From Deltaproteobacteria bacterium UBA4427 (GTDB lineage Bacteria > Myxococcota_A > UBA9160 > UBA4427): a DNA stretch of 64,000 nt. The stretch's first letter is position 1. Each line of letters opens with the position of its first letter. Location: positions 67,095-131,094 of the forward strand of contig DGPZ01000195.1 in NCBI GenBank assembly GCA_002390675.1, in the 5' to 3' direction. Both the position numbers and the translations under genes were made by a program. The notes beneath the pieces were generated by a model that did not search any database, was not told the DNA's origin, and was given only the letters and a program-made list of their open reading frames with translations. Below are positions 27,836 through 35,904 of this stretch, in pieces.

Positions 27836-28363
27836 CTAACGCAGCTGTTCGAGGATCGCGTCCAATGCCGCGTCTGCCCATGAATCCAGGGTTGCGCCGG
27901 GTGTGCCGCCGATCGGGTGCGGGACGATGATTCGGCGCGCATCAGGAAAGAGTAGCTCCCTCGCCATCTGATCTGCGAGATCGCGAAAGGCTTCGCTCGC
28001 GACGACGACGGTGGCTACGCCTCGGGCTTCAAGGGATTTGGTGTCGTGGAGACTCCACGACGTGCAGCTCCCTCAATCCGCGGTACCCGTAAGGACGACC
28101 TCGACTTCTTTGGCGAGGCGATCGATTAGCTCGGTCTCACAGGGCGTGGCGGCGGTCTGCTTGCGGAAGCAGCCAACGTAAATTCCATCCGTCTTCTTGG
28201 CGAGCTCTACGCCCATCCTGCCTAATAGGTGATCCGCGCCTGCCTTCCCGTTGTCGAGGACGCCAATACGAAGACCTACGAGCTCTTTGATAGAGGTTCG
28301 CGGCGTGCATTCGAGGAGTGCGTCCGTATGTCCCTCGGGAGAGTAGATCAAGGTTGACGACAT
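27836..28363 (-). CDS. UGSC-motif selenoprotein candidate (175 aa, Sec at codon 97 encoded by in-frame TGA 28075..28073)
   Basis: Track ORF 28073..28489 stops at a TGA. Codon-by-codon translation shows the frame stays open 78 more codons to TAG 27838..27836. The context is VVLTGTAD-U-GSCTSWSLHD. A stem-loop lies 11 nt downstream, and a paralog at 49978..50541 has the TGA at the same aligned position. ATG 28363 (MSSTLIYSPEGH) is the preferred start. Confidence 0.8.
28043..28061 (-). promoter_or_regulatory. SECIS-like stem-loop downstream of UGA (locus 1)
   Basis: The mRNA reads UGA-GGGAGCUGCAC-GUCGUGGA-GUC-UCCACGAC: an 8-bp stem and a GU-containing apical loop, starting 11 nt after the UGA. 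Confidence 0.55.
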
Positions 28364-28431
28364 GCTTTGGTCTCTTTCTTCGCCCACGCGCCGGGTGCCG
28401 ATGCCCGGGACGGGGAGGATGTAGCGCCCTG

Positions 28432-29553
28432 TTAGGGCTCTAGGGGCAGAGTGGCGCTTTCGGTCATGCCCCAGCTCGGCATTACGCAAGAGTGTTTTCC
28501 AGCACCGCCTACAACCATCACTTTGATGAGGTCGCGATCGCGCATGATCGGCTTCATGCCGTCATCCGGGAGCGCATCTTCCCATTCAGCGTATTGAGTG
28601 ACTTCGAAGGCGCGCCGGAATCGCGACATGGGAAGCCGCGCGTGTTCGAAGAGAAAATCCTGCACGTCTTTTCGTGAAAAGCCGCCGGCTGCGATTGCCT
28701 CGGCGTGCTCGGGGCCGAGAAAGACGAACCATTCGGCACTCGAGACCGGAGCATTATTCGAGCCAAGGGTCAGCATCGTGCTCGCGATTTGCTCGAGCGT
28801 ATGAATCGGCGAGCGAACATCGTGATCCTGGACGTTATGCGGATTCTCACCGCAAGCGACGGTGACAGCGCTCGGCGCTCGAAGGCCAAGGCTTTCCGGA
28901 TAGCTTTCCCAGGGGCTCTCGGCGCAATTCTCGGCGGCGCAGTAGCTGTATTTCGAGGGCTGTCCTTGAGTGGCGGCATCGCCGGCTCCTGGGCGCGCGC
29001 CCGCGATGTTCATGAGGACGAGTCTAAGCGCTCGGCCGACGGAGGCATTCGCGCGACAGCCGGGGCCGAAGGCGCCTAGCCCGGCATTGAAGCCGAGCTC
29101 GTCCGTCGCGGCGCCATGAACCAGGATGAGCGGAGCCACCGGATGAGTCGTCGCGTTGATGCCGCGAAGATTGATTTCCGGGAAGGCGAGTCCGCGGACG
29201 GCGGTCGTGAGAACTGGGAGCATGTTGGGGCGACAGCCAGCCATTACGGCGTTGACTGCGAGGAGTCGTCGCGTGACGAGTCCGCCGCGGGGCGGCAGGA
29301 CTGCGACGACTGCATCAGGATCAATCTGCCGGGGCAGTTTTTCGAGGAAGGCTTCGACCCGAGCCTCGGTCGGAGGCACGAGGGGAAGGCCGTCCCCCCA
29401 GCCCCGTGTGTCGGCGAGATCCATCCACGCCTCGAAATCACCTTCGGGAATTTTAACGTCCGGCGAGACCCGCGCCGATTCGAAGGATTCGAGAGTCGCA
29501 CCCGGGAGGGCGCAAACGTCGTCCTCACATTCGATTTCGACCGAATCGGCCAT
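28432..29553 (-). CDS. uncharacterised conserved protein, partner of the UGSC gene (paralog of 50588..51589)
   Basis: 373 aa from ATG 29553 (AAGGAGA RBS; the track start is 29580). Shares the blocks WGDGLPLVPPT, AVMAGCRP and GPGCRANASVGRALRLV with the 333-aa protein at 50588..51589. I could not assign a domain. Confidence 0.8.
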   Translation of the reverse strand: MADSVEIECEDDVCALPGATLESFESARVSPDVKIPEGDFEAWMDLADTRGWGDGLPLVPPTEARVEAFLEKLPRQIDPDAVVAVLPPRGGLVTRRLLAVNAVMAGCRPNMLPVLTTAVRGLAFPEINLRGINATTHPVAPLILVHGAATDELGFNAGLGAFGPGCRANASVGRALRLVLMNIAGARPGAGDAATQGQPSKYSYCAAENCAESPWESYPESLGLRAPSAVTVACGENPHNVQDHDVRSPIHTLEQIASTMLTLGSNNAPVSSAEWFVFLGPEHAEAIAAGGFSRKDVQDFLFEHARLPMSRFRRAFEVTQYAEWEDALPDDGMKPIMRDRDLIKVMVVGGAGKHSCVMPSWGMTESATLPLEP

Positions 29554-29585
29554 GCCATCTCCTTGGTCGACTATGTGCATGCGGA

Positions 29586-29605
29586 CCGACGTGCATGCAC
29601 GTCGG
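29586..29605. promoter_or_regulatory. perfect 20-bp palindrome CCGACGTGCATGCACGTCGG upstream of the UGSC-partner gene
   Basis: Read directly from the sequence. It lies 33-52 nt upstream of ATG 29553. An extra GTGCATGC copy sits at 29574..29581. Confidence 0.5.
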
Positions 29606-29677
29606 CGCGACTGCCTAACATTTTACAACTGTGCGTCCTCAGTTGAGGCATCGCCCCTAGAAAAGAGGAGAGAAATC

Positions 29678-30883
29678 TCAGTCGAGTGTGCGGAACGCGT
29701 TCGTGTGGGTGTCCTTCGGAAACTCGTCGGGCGCGAGCGGCACGCTCAGTTCGTCCCAAGTCGGTCCGCACTTGTCCGAGATTGGCTTGAGGGCTTCGAG
29801 ATCGAAGTCATAGAGCTTGGCGGCATTTAGCCCGAGCATCGCTCGCGTATCGTCCTCGCCGCAGGTGTTGAACGTGTGCCGCAACGCCAAGCGCGTATCG
29901 GGGTAGGTGCCTTCGTAGTGGGGATAATCGCTGCCCCAGAGAATACGCTCTGTGCCGATCACGTCGCGATCCTTGAGCTCCGGCGGGGACGCCGAACTCG
30001 CGCCGTAGTAGCAGTTCTGCTTTGCGTAGAAGCTCGGCGGCTCGGGCGTCGTGACACCCTCAGCGAATTGGAACTCGCCGACCGCGCCTGAAGAGATGCG
30101 CTTCCAGGCCATGTCGAGGCGCTGCAGGGTTTCCGGTACCCAGGCGCACCCGGACTCGGTGATGATGTACTTGAGCTTCGGGAAGCGGTGGAAGACGCCG
30201 GACAGAAGTAACTGGCTATAGCTTCGGGTTGAGAAGAAGCCGGTTTCGATCAGCCGAATCGGAAGGGAGACGGGAAGGCGTCCGTAGTCTGGGGAGCCTG
30301 TGCCGCCGTGGTGATTCACGACGAGGCCCGTCTCTTCGAGAAGCGCCCACATAGGGTCGTAGTCCGGGTGATAGAGCGGCTTGATGTAGCCCGTGCAGTC
30401 GTCGGGAACGTGCGGGAGCAGGACACCGCCGCGCAAGTTGTTCTTGGCGATCCACTCGATGTCTTTAATCGCTTCGTCGATGTCGTTCAGATAGACGAGG
30501 CCGATGCCGGCGCGCTGGGCTGGAAATTCGCCGCACCATTCGCTGAGCCATCTGTTATGCGCGCGAATACCTTCGAGGCGCATCAAATAGTCTTCGGGGC
30601 GAGGGTTGCCGCAGATGAGCACGCTCGAGCGGAAGAAGGGCGGAACAGTATTCGGAAAGACGATCTCGCCGACGACGCCTTCTGTCTGCATGTCGCTCAT
30701 GCGCTCGGCATCGTCCCAGTTCTTGTGCTTCTTGGATCCGATGTGCTTCTTCTGCGGGTTCTTGTACGAACCTCGCCACTCGTCGAAGAGCGCCTGGTGT
30801 TTGGTGTCGAGGTATTCGCGGTAGCCCGCGACGGAGTTGCCGGCGTGGGTGTCGGAGGAAATGACGATGATCGGATCGCTCAT
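29678..30883 (-). CDS. amidohydrolase-2 family metal-dependent hydrolase/decarboxylase
   Basis: MSDPIIVISSDTHAG provides the HxH-type metal motif region, followed by WGSDYPHYEG. The start was trimmed from 31060 to ATG 30883. Confidence 0.85.
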   Translation of the reverse strand: MSDPIIVISSDTHAGNSVAGYREYLDTKHQALFDEWRGSYKNPQKKHIGSKKHKNWDDAERMSDMQTEGVVGEIVFPNTVPPFFRSSVLICGNPRPEDYLMRLEGIRAHNRWLSEWCGEFPAQRAGIGLVYLNDIDEAIKDIEWIAKNNLRGGVLLPHVPDDCTGYIKPLYHPDYDPMWALLEETGLVVNHHGGTGSPDYGRLPVSLPIRLIETGFFSTRSYSQLLLSGVFHRFPKLKYIITESGCAWVPETLQRLDMAWKRISSGAVGEFQFAEGVTTPEPPSFYAKQNCYYGASSASPPELKDRDVIGTERILWGSDYPHYEGTYPDTRLALRHTFNTCGEDDTRAMLGLNAAKLYDFDLEALKPISDKCGPTWDELSVPLAPDEFPKDTHTNAFRTLD

Positions 30884-31198
30884 GAAATGCCTTTCGTTTC
30901 GTATGGAGGCGCTTGCGGGTGAGTTCGAAGAGTTCCTTCGAATGATGGCGGGTGCTCTCGGATGCACCCGACACACCGGCGTTTGGGATGGCCCTGCCGG
31001 GGCTGATCCGCAATCGGCTCGGCCGATTGTGTCAAATTCAGAGCATTTAGTCAGCTCCAATCATGTCATTCGCAGGAGAGAAAAATGCGCCATTTGGAGT
31101 CCTTCGCGAAGCGATTCTCTAGGCTGGCGCGATCGCTCTGGGCCAGCGAACCTACGCTCCAGCTGACCCTCTTCTCAATCCCAAAAGGACCCGACAAA

Positions 31199-31645
31199 AT
31201 GGCCACTTTCGCCGAAGTACCTTGGATCGCAAAGCACATCGAGCTCTATCGCACAGACCCGGAGAAGGCGCATATGTGGGATTCGGCGGAGGCCGGGGGC
31301 GAGGGAATGCTGCCCACGCTTCTGATCACGACGACTGGACGAAAGAGTGGCGAGCCAAGGTCGATTCCATTGATCTACAAAGCGATCGACGGCAATTACG
31401 TGATCATCGCCTCGAAGGGGGGCATGCCGAACCACCCGATCTGGTTCCTAAACCTCGAAGCGAATCCCGCTTGCGAATTGATGGTTGGGGCGAAGCCCGT
31501 CTCTGCTCGTGCGCGGATCGCCGAGGGCGACGAGCGCGAACGACTTTGGGCAGAACTCCAAGAAATCTATCCGCCCTACGCGGCTTACAAGGTGAGCGCG
31601 GGGGATCGGGTGATTCCCGTCGTGGTCCTCGAGCCTGTCGAATAG
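31199..31645 (+). CDS. nitroreductase-family deazaflavin-dependent oxidoreductase (DUF385-like)
   Basis: 148 aa. TTGRKSGEPRSIPLIY...ASKGGMPNHPIWFLNLEANP is typical of the DUF385/PNPOx-like split barrel. The start was trimmed to ATG 31199. Confidence 0.75.
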   Translation: MATFAEVPWIAKHIELYRTDPEKAHMWDSAEAGGEGMLPTLLITTTGRKSGEPRSIPLIYKAIDGNYVIIASKGGMPNHPIWFLNLEANPACELMVGAKPVSARARIAEGDERERLWAELQEIYPPYAAYKVSAGDRVIPVVVLEPVE

Positions 31646-31699
31646 CAGCCTAACAGGTACGCGGTTGCCGAGCACCACGCTCGTACCGTCCCTTTACTG

Positions 31700-32626
31700 C
31701 TAAGAGAACGCGTCGGACGCGGCTGTGAGTCCGAGAAATGCAACCGTGTCTTCGATTGCATTTCCGGCATCGCAGCCCGCGACGCGCCTGAAATTTCGTG
31801 CGCCTTCGGACGGAGGACATGCGTCGCGCGCGTGCTGGACGCCGAGGTTGTCCCATATAACCAAGTCGCCCACTTCCCATTGGTGGACGTATTCGTTCTC
31901 AGGGACATACAAATATTCGTCGAAGATTCTCGTGAGCATCGCCCGACTTTTCGGATCGCCGCGCTCTTCGTCCGAGAGTTCCATGATGCGTTCTGTCTGT
32001 TGCAGCGTACACACAAGAGTCTTGTAGTCGCGGCGCTTCGGGTGTGAGCGAACCATTGGCCAGATGTGGCTTTGCGTTGGCGCCGCCGGATCCGTTCGGC
32101 CTTCGAAGGCCGGGCGAGCGTCGGGTTTCATGGCGGCCAGATCATGGGCGCAAAAGATCGTGTAGGCCTCGATCTGGGCCCTGAGTGCCCGCGGCATTAT
32201 TTTGAGAGGCCGCGCGTTGTCATAGAAACGCGTCGTCGTTCCATTCTGTGGGACGTCGACAGCGAAGAGCGAAATCACGTCTGCCGGAAAGGGCGTGTAG
32301 GTGTAGTCCATATGCGGCGTGAGAGGGCCCTCGCGGTAGCCCTCGGTCATGCTGTCGACCCCGTGGCCATCTTGATTAGACACGAAGGAATGCTGATCCC
32401 CGGGGAGGCGCTCTTCGATCACCTTCGCAAAACCCTCGACGAATGCGACCTGGGCTTCCGTGGTGAGTGCATTTTGATCCCCGAAGACGAGGATCGGATG
32501 TTGTTGCCACGCAGCCTCGATCTGTGTGTCGACTTGCTTCTCGAGGCTGCCCGCCAGCTCTGAGGCCAGATCAATGCCATGTATTCGAGCGGCGATGCCG
32601 TTCGTGAGGGGCTCTATCTCGATCAT
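31700..32626 (-). CDS. TauD/TfdA-family Fe(II)/2-oxoglutarate dioxygenase
   Basis: 308 aa. HMDYTYTPFPADVISLFAVDVPQNGTTTRF and IWDNLGVQHAR. Confidence 0.8.
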   Translation of the reverse strand: MIEIEPLTNGIAARIHGIDLASELAGSLEKQVDTQIEAAWQQHPILVFGDQNALTTEAQVAFVEGFAKVIEERLPGDQHSFVSNQDGHGVDSMTEGYREGPLTPHMDYTYTPFPADVISLFAVDVPQNGTTTRFYDNARPLKIMPRALRAQIEAYTIFCAHDLAAMKPDARPAFEGRTDPAAPTQSHIWPMVRSHPKRRDYKTLVCTLQQTERIMELSDEERGDPKSRAMLTRIFDEYLYVPENEYVHQWEVGDLVIWDNLGVQHARDACPPSEGARNFRRVAGCDAGNAIEDTVAFLGLTAASDAFS

Positions 32627-32651
32627 TCCGTTTCCCTCTCACTCGACCCTG

Positions 32652-33989
32652 TTAGGCAGGTCCGCCAGTTATTTCGCTGGGCTCGATTCCTAAGTAGTGC
32701 TCGAGATTTCTGTGAGTATTCACGACACGCGCTTCTTCGCAGGACAAGCTGATATGTGTGAGGCCCGGCTGGTTTACGCCGCGCTGCGCATTTTTAAGAA
32801 TATCGACGTCCTGGTTGAGCACGAAGCCAAAGCCAGCTTGATCCGCAGGCATATCGAGATCGAAGGGTCTCGCCCTCGGAACATCTTTGATCTCTCTCTC
32901 GAAACTCATCCCGATCAACTCCGAAGTGTCAGCGGTCGCGCCGGGGCGTGCGGATAACACTTGGAGTAGGTCTGCGGAGATGAGGACCGTGAGGTTCGGG
33001 AAGATGTTGTATTGATGGAGGAGCAACATCTCATGATTGCTAAAGCCCGAGAGATCGATTCCCTTCTCATCCTTTTGGTAGGCGCGAATTCGTTCGCCGA
33101 TCACGTCGACCATGGTCTCGCCTTCGGCGGGCATAGGCGCCGGGCAACTTTCCGTAATCCCCATTCTCTCACCCTGGGTGACGATGAACGAGTCCCAGAT
33201 CAGTTGATTGTCACTCTTAATGAGACGTGGGCTGGCAACGCCGTAGAGCTGTCGAGAGACGCCGGTACGGCCCCATATTTCCTGCCCGGAGTTGATGTCA
33301 TCAATCGATCCGAGCATTTCGCGATGCAAGGTCTGGACGTGGTAGGTCTCAGAAAAACTGTCGGCGACGAGTTTCCAATTGGCCGGCATCTCAGTTCGAA
33401 TCTTTGCATAACAACGAAAGTCATCGACTTTGAGAGCCTTTGCATCTTGCGGAACCACCTCTAGGAACTCGGAGAGGGTCATCGCTTCGGGATCGAGGTT
33501 CACGAAAACGATCGGTCCCCAGGTGTCGACTTGGACGGGGGTGAGGCCGAGCTCGGATTTGTCGACGTTCTCGCCAAGGCCCTTATGTGAGGGCATCCCT
33601 GTGAGCTGACCCCGTAAATCGTACATCCAGCCGTGATAGGGACATCGGAGATGTTTGAGTCCCTGAGCCGACCCGCTGCAGAGAGCGATTCCGCGGTGTT
33701 TGCAGGCGTTTTGGAACGCGCGTAGCTCTCCGTCGCGGCCCCGGACGACGAGCACTGAGTAGCGGCCTATCCGCACTTCGTAGAGATCGCCGGGCGCAGC
33801 GACATGGTCGATACTGCACGCGACGATCCACGCTTTCTGCCACACATGCTCGTGTTCGCGTTCGGCGAAGGCTTCGCTGCGATAGCGGTCCGCGGGAATT
33901 CGAAAGGGGGTTCCCTGTGAATTTCCGACTGAGCTAATTGCGGTTCCGAGAAGATCTTCCCGGGTACCACCGACATCGGCCAGGCTCAT
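32652..33989 (-). CDS. aromatic ring-hydroxylating (Rieske 2Fe-2S) oxygenase, alpha subunit
   Basis: Rieske motif CKHRGIALC...CPYHGW. The C-terminal catalytic domain carries SETYHVQTLH. Confidence 0.9.
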   Translation of the reverse strand: MSLADVGGTREDLLGTAISSVGNSQGTPFRIPADRYRSEAFAEREHEHVWQKAWIVACSIDHVAAPGDLYEVRIGRYSVLVVRGRDGELRAFQNACKHRGIALCSGSAQGLKHLRCPYHGWMYDLRGQLTGMPSHKGLGENVDKSELGLTPVQVDTWGPIVFVNLDPEAMTLSEFLEVVPQDAKALKVDDFRCYAKIRTEMPANWKLVADSFSETYHVQTLHREMLGSIDDINSGQEIWGRTGVSRQLYGVASPRLIKSDNQLIWDSFIVTQGERMGITESCPAPMPAEGETMVDVIGERIRAYQKDEKGIDLSGFSNHEMLLLHQYNIFPNLTVLISADLLQVLSARPGATADTSELIGMSFEREIKDVPRARPFDLDMPADQAGFGFVLNQDVDILKNAQRGVNQPGLTHISLSCEEARVVNTHRNLEHYLGIEPSEITGGPA

Positions 33990-34052
33990 GGCATTTCCTT
34001 TGCTGCTTGGGGCTGGATTTTGTTAGGGGGTCGCGTGTGGGCGAGCCCAGCC

Positions 34053-34799
34053 TTAGGTCGTGACGTTGCCGCCATTCAGCTGCAGCGTTTGGCCAGTCAT
34101 CCACTTGGCTTCATCTGAGGCGAGGTAGACGACAAGGGCCGCGATGTCTTCGGGTTGTCCGAGTGCACCGACGGGAACTGTCTTCGCCATATGGGCCGTG
34201 ATTTCGGGCTCGGAATGATTGTCGATGAGGCCGATCGCAATCGTATTCGCAGTGACGCCCGTCTTTGCGACTTCCATCGCAAGATGGCGCATGAAGGCGA
34301 TGCCGCCGCCCTTGCCTGCGCCATAGGCGGAGATGCCAAGAGGAATGCCAACTGTTCCAGCACCGGAGGAAATCGTTATGATTCGCCCCTTGCCGCGGTT
34401 GCACATCCCGTCGACAACGGCATGCACGCAGTTCATCACGCCGTAGGTGTTAAGGTCGATGAAGGGGCGCCAGTCTGCGGGCTTTGTGTCACGAAATTGT
34501 GTCACGCCCATGTCGGGCGGCACGCCTGCGTTATTGACTAAAATATCGAGTGGGCCGAGGGTCGCTTCGGCACGGGCGATTCCTGCGACAGTCGCTTCAT
34601 AATCACAGACATCGAAAGCGGCTGTGACGGCTTTGCCGCCGGCCGCCTCGATTGCGGCGACGGTTTCTGCTGCACGCTCCTCGCGAAGATCATTGATTGC
34701 CACACTCGCACCGAGATCTGCGAGTGCGCGAGCGATTCCTGCTCCAACGCCTTGGCCGGCGCCCGTAATCAGGGCCGATCGGCCCGTGAGATCGAACAT
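34053..34799 (-). CDS. SDR-family oxidoreductase (FabG-like)
   Basis: TGAGQGVGAG, NNAG, and YGAGKGGGIAFMRHLA. Confidence 0.9.
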   Translation of the reverse strand: MFDLTGRSALITGAGQGVGAGIARALADLGASVAINDLREERAAETVAAIEAAGGKAVTAAFDVCDYEATVAGIARAEATLGPLDILVNNAGVPPDMGVTQFRDTKPADWRPFIDLNTYGVMNCVHAVVDGMCNRGKGRIITISSGAGTVGIPLGISAYGAGKGGGIAFMRHLAMEVAKTGVTANTIAIGLIDNHSEPEITAHMAKTVPVGALGQPEDIAALVVYLASDEAKWMTGQTLQLNGGNVTT

Positions 34800-34940
34800 G
34801 TCATGCCTCCTAGTCTAGAGTCTAAACGCTAACCAATTGCTCGGGCGTCCGCGTCGGCCACGGCAGAGTCCGTTGGGCGATCGCGAACACTCATTTCGAC
34901 TCGCGTTTGCGCAATGCGGGTGAGGTAAGGAACGGAAACG

Positions 34941-35804
34941 ATGCGAATCGGAATCTCGCTACCCGTACGAGAGCTTGCGAATGACCTCGGGGCGATCCGA
35001 GAATTTGCGGAGGCCGCGGACGACCTGGGGCTCGCGCATCTCCGCGTGCCGGATCTCGTGATGCGGCCAAAGAGTGGCCATTTGCATGAGCCGATGACGT
35101 TGCTTTCTTGGGTTGCGGGATTCACGAAACAGATCGAGCTTGTTCCTTCAGTGATTGTCCTGCCATCGCGTCAGACGCCACTCTTTGCGAAGCAGGCGGC
35201 GGAGCTCGACTTGCTCTCCGGTGGGCGTGTTCGAATCGGTGTAGGGGTCGGAGGGAGTCGTGAGGAATATCAGGTCCAGGGCCACGACTATCATCAGCGA
35301 GGCGCACGATGTGATGAACAGATCGACCTCTTACGGGCGCTTTGGACGGAAGAGGCGCCGATATTCGAAGGCCGCTTCGATTCCGTCTCGGGTTTCGGTC
35401 TCGATCCGCTCCCGATCCAGCGCCCCATTCCGATTTGGGTCGGCGGGGGCTCGGGCTTCATGAAGGAGCGCTCGAAGGACGCTTTGCTGCGTCGAATAGG
35501 GGAACGCTCGGATGGATGGTTCGCGGTTGTTCCGATTGAATCGACCTTCGCGATGCGAGAAAAAATTGAAGGCTATGCCCGCGCTATTAATCGCGATCCC
35601 GACGTCATTGGGATGGAAGGCGGCTGCGGCATGGCTGGGAAGTCGACGAAAGAGTGGTTGGGGCGGCTGCGCGATTGGGAATCTGCCGGCGCCTCCCATC
35701 TTTGTCTGCGCACCCTGGGCGGGGCGCTTTCCGCTCGCGAACAGCTCGATCTGATGCAGGACGCACATAGGACACTGGGTCTCGAAGGGATTCGCTGCAC
35801 CTGA
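34941..35804 (+). CDS. LLM-class F420/flavin-dependent oxidoreductase
   Basis: 287 aa. Luciferase-like pattern (RVRIGVGVGGSREEY, PIWVGGGS). Confidence 0.8.
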   Translation: MRIGISLPVRELANDLGAIREFAEAADDLGLAHLRVPDLVMRPKSGHLHEPMTLLSWVAGFTKQIELVPSVIVLPSRQTPLFAKQAAELDLLSGGRVRIGVGVGGSREEYQVQGHDYHQRGARCDEQIDLLRALWTEEAPIFEGRFDSVSGFGLDPLPIQRPIPIWVGGGSGFMKERSKDALLRRIGERSDGWFAVVPIESTFAMREKIEGYARAINRDPDVIGMEGGCGMAGKSTKEWLGRLRDWESAGASHLCLRTLGGALSAREQLDLMQDAHRTLGLEGIRCT

Positions 35805-35860
35805 GGGCGAACTTCTGGAGATGGATCCTGCGCGCGCGCGGGTGTATACCTGAAGAACTC

Positions 35861-35885
35861 GGCCGCACGATTTTCTAGTGCGGCC
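35861..35885 (+). terminator. stem-loop between the LLM and SDR genes (possible terminator/attenuator)
   Basis: GGCCGCAC-(9 nt)-GTGCGGCC forms an 8-bp stem. It is followed by TCTCT and then the RBS AGGAGG of the next gene. The U-tract is weak. Confidence 0.35.
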
Positions 35886-35904
35886 TCTCTAGGAGGACGG
35901 ATGA

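Noticed and set aside
28073-28075. Reading the TGA as a genuine stop or nonsense mutation (pseudogene, or a 95-aa protein)
   Set aside because: The frame remains open 78 codons to a TAG that is followed by a strong terminator. The same aligned TGA occurs in the diverged paralog at 50227..50229, within the same U-G-S-C context and with a hairpin at the same offset. A pseudogene remains the fallback if the genome lacks Sec machinery.
29156-29830. 224-aa and 176-aa plus-strand ORFs over UGSC-partner 1
   Set aside because: They are antisense shadow frames of 28432..29553 and the amidohydrolase 3' end, with low-complexity Arg/Ser/Thr content.
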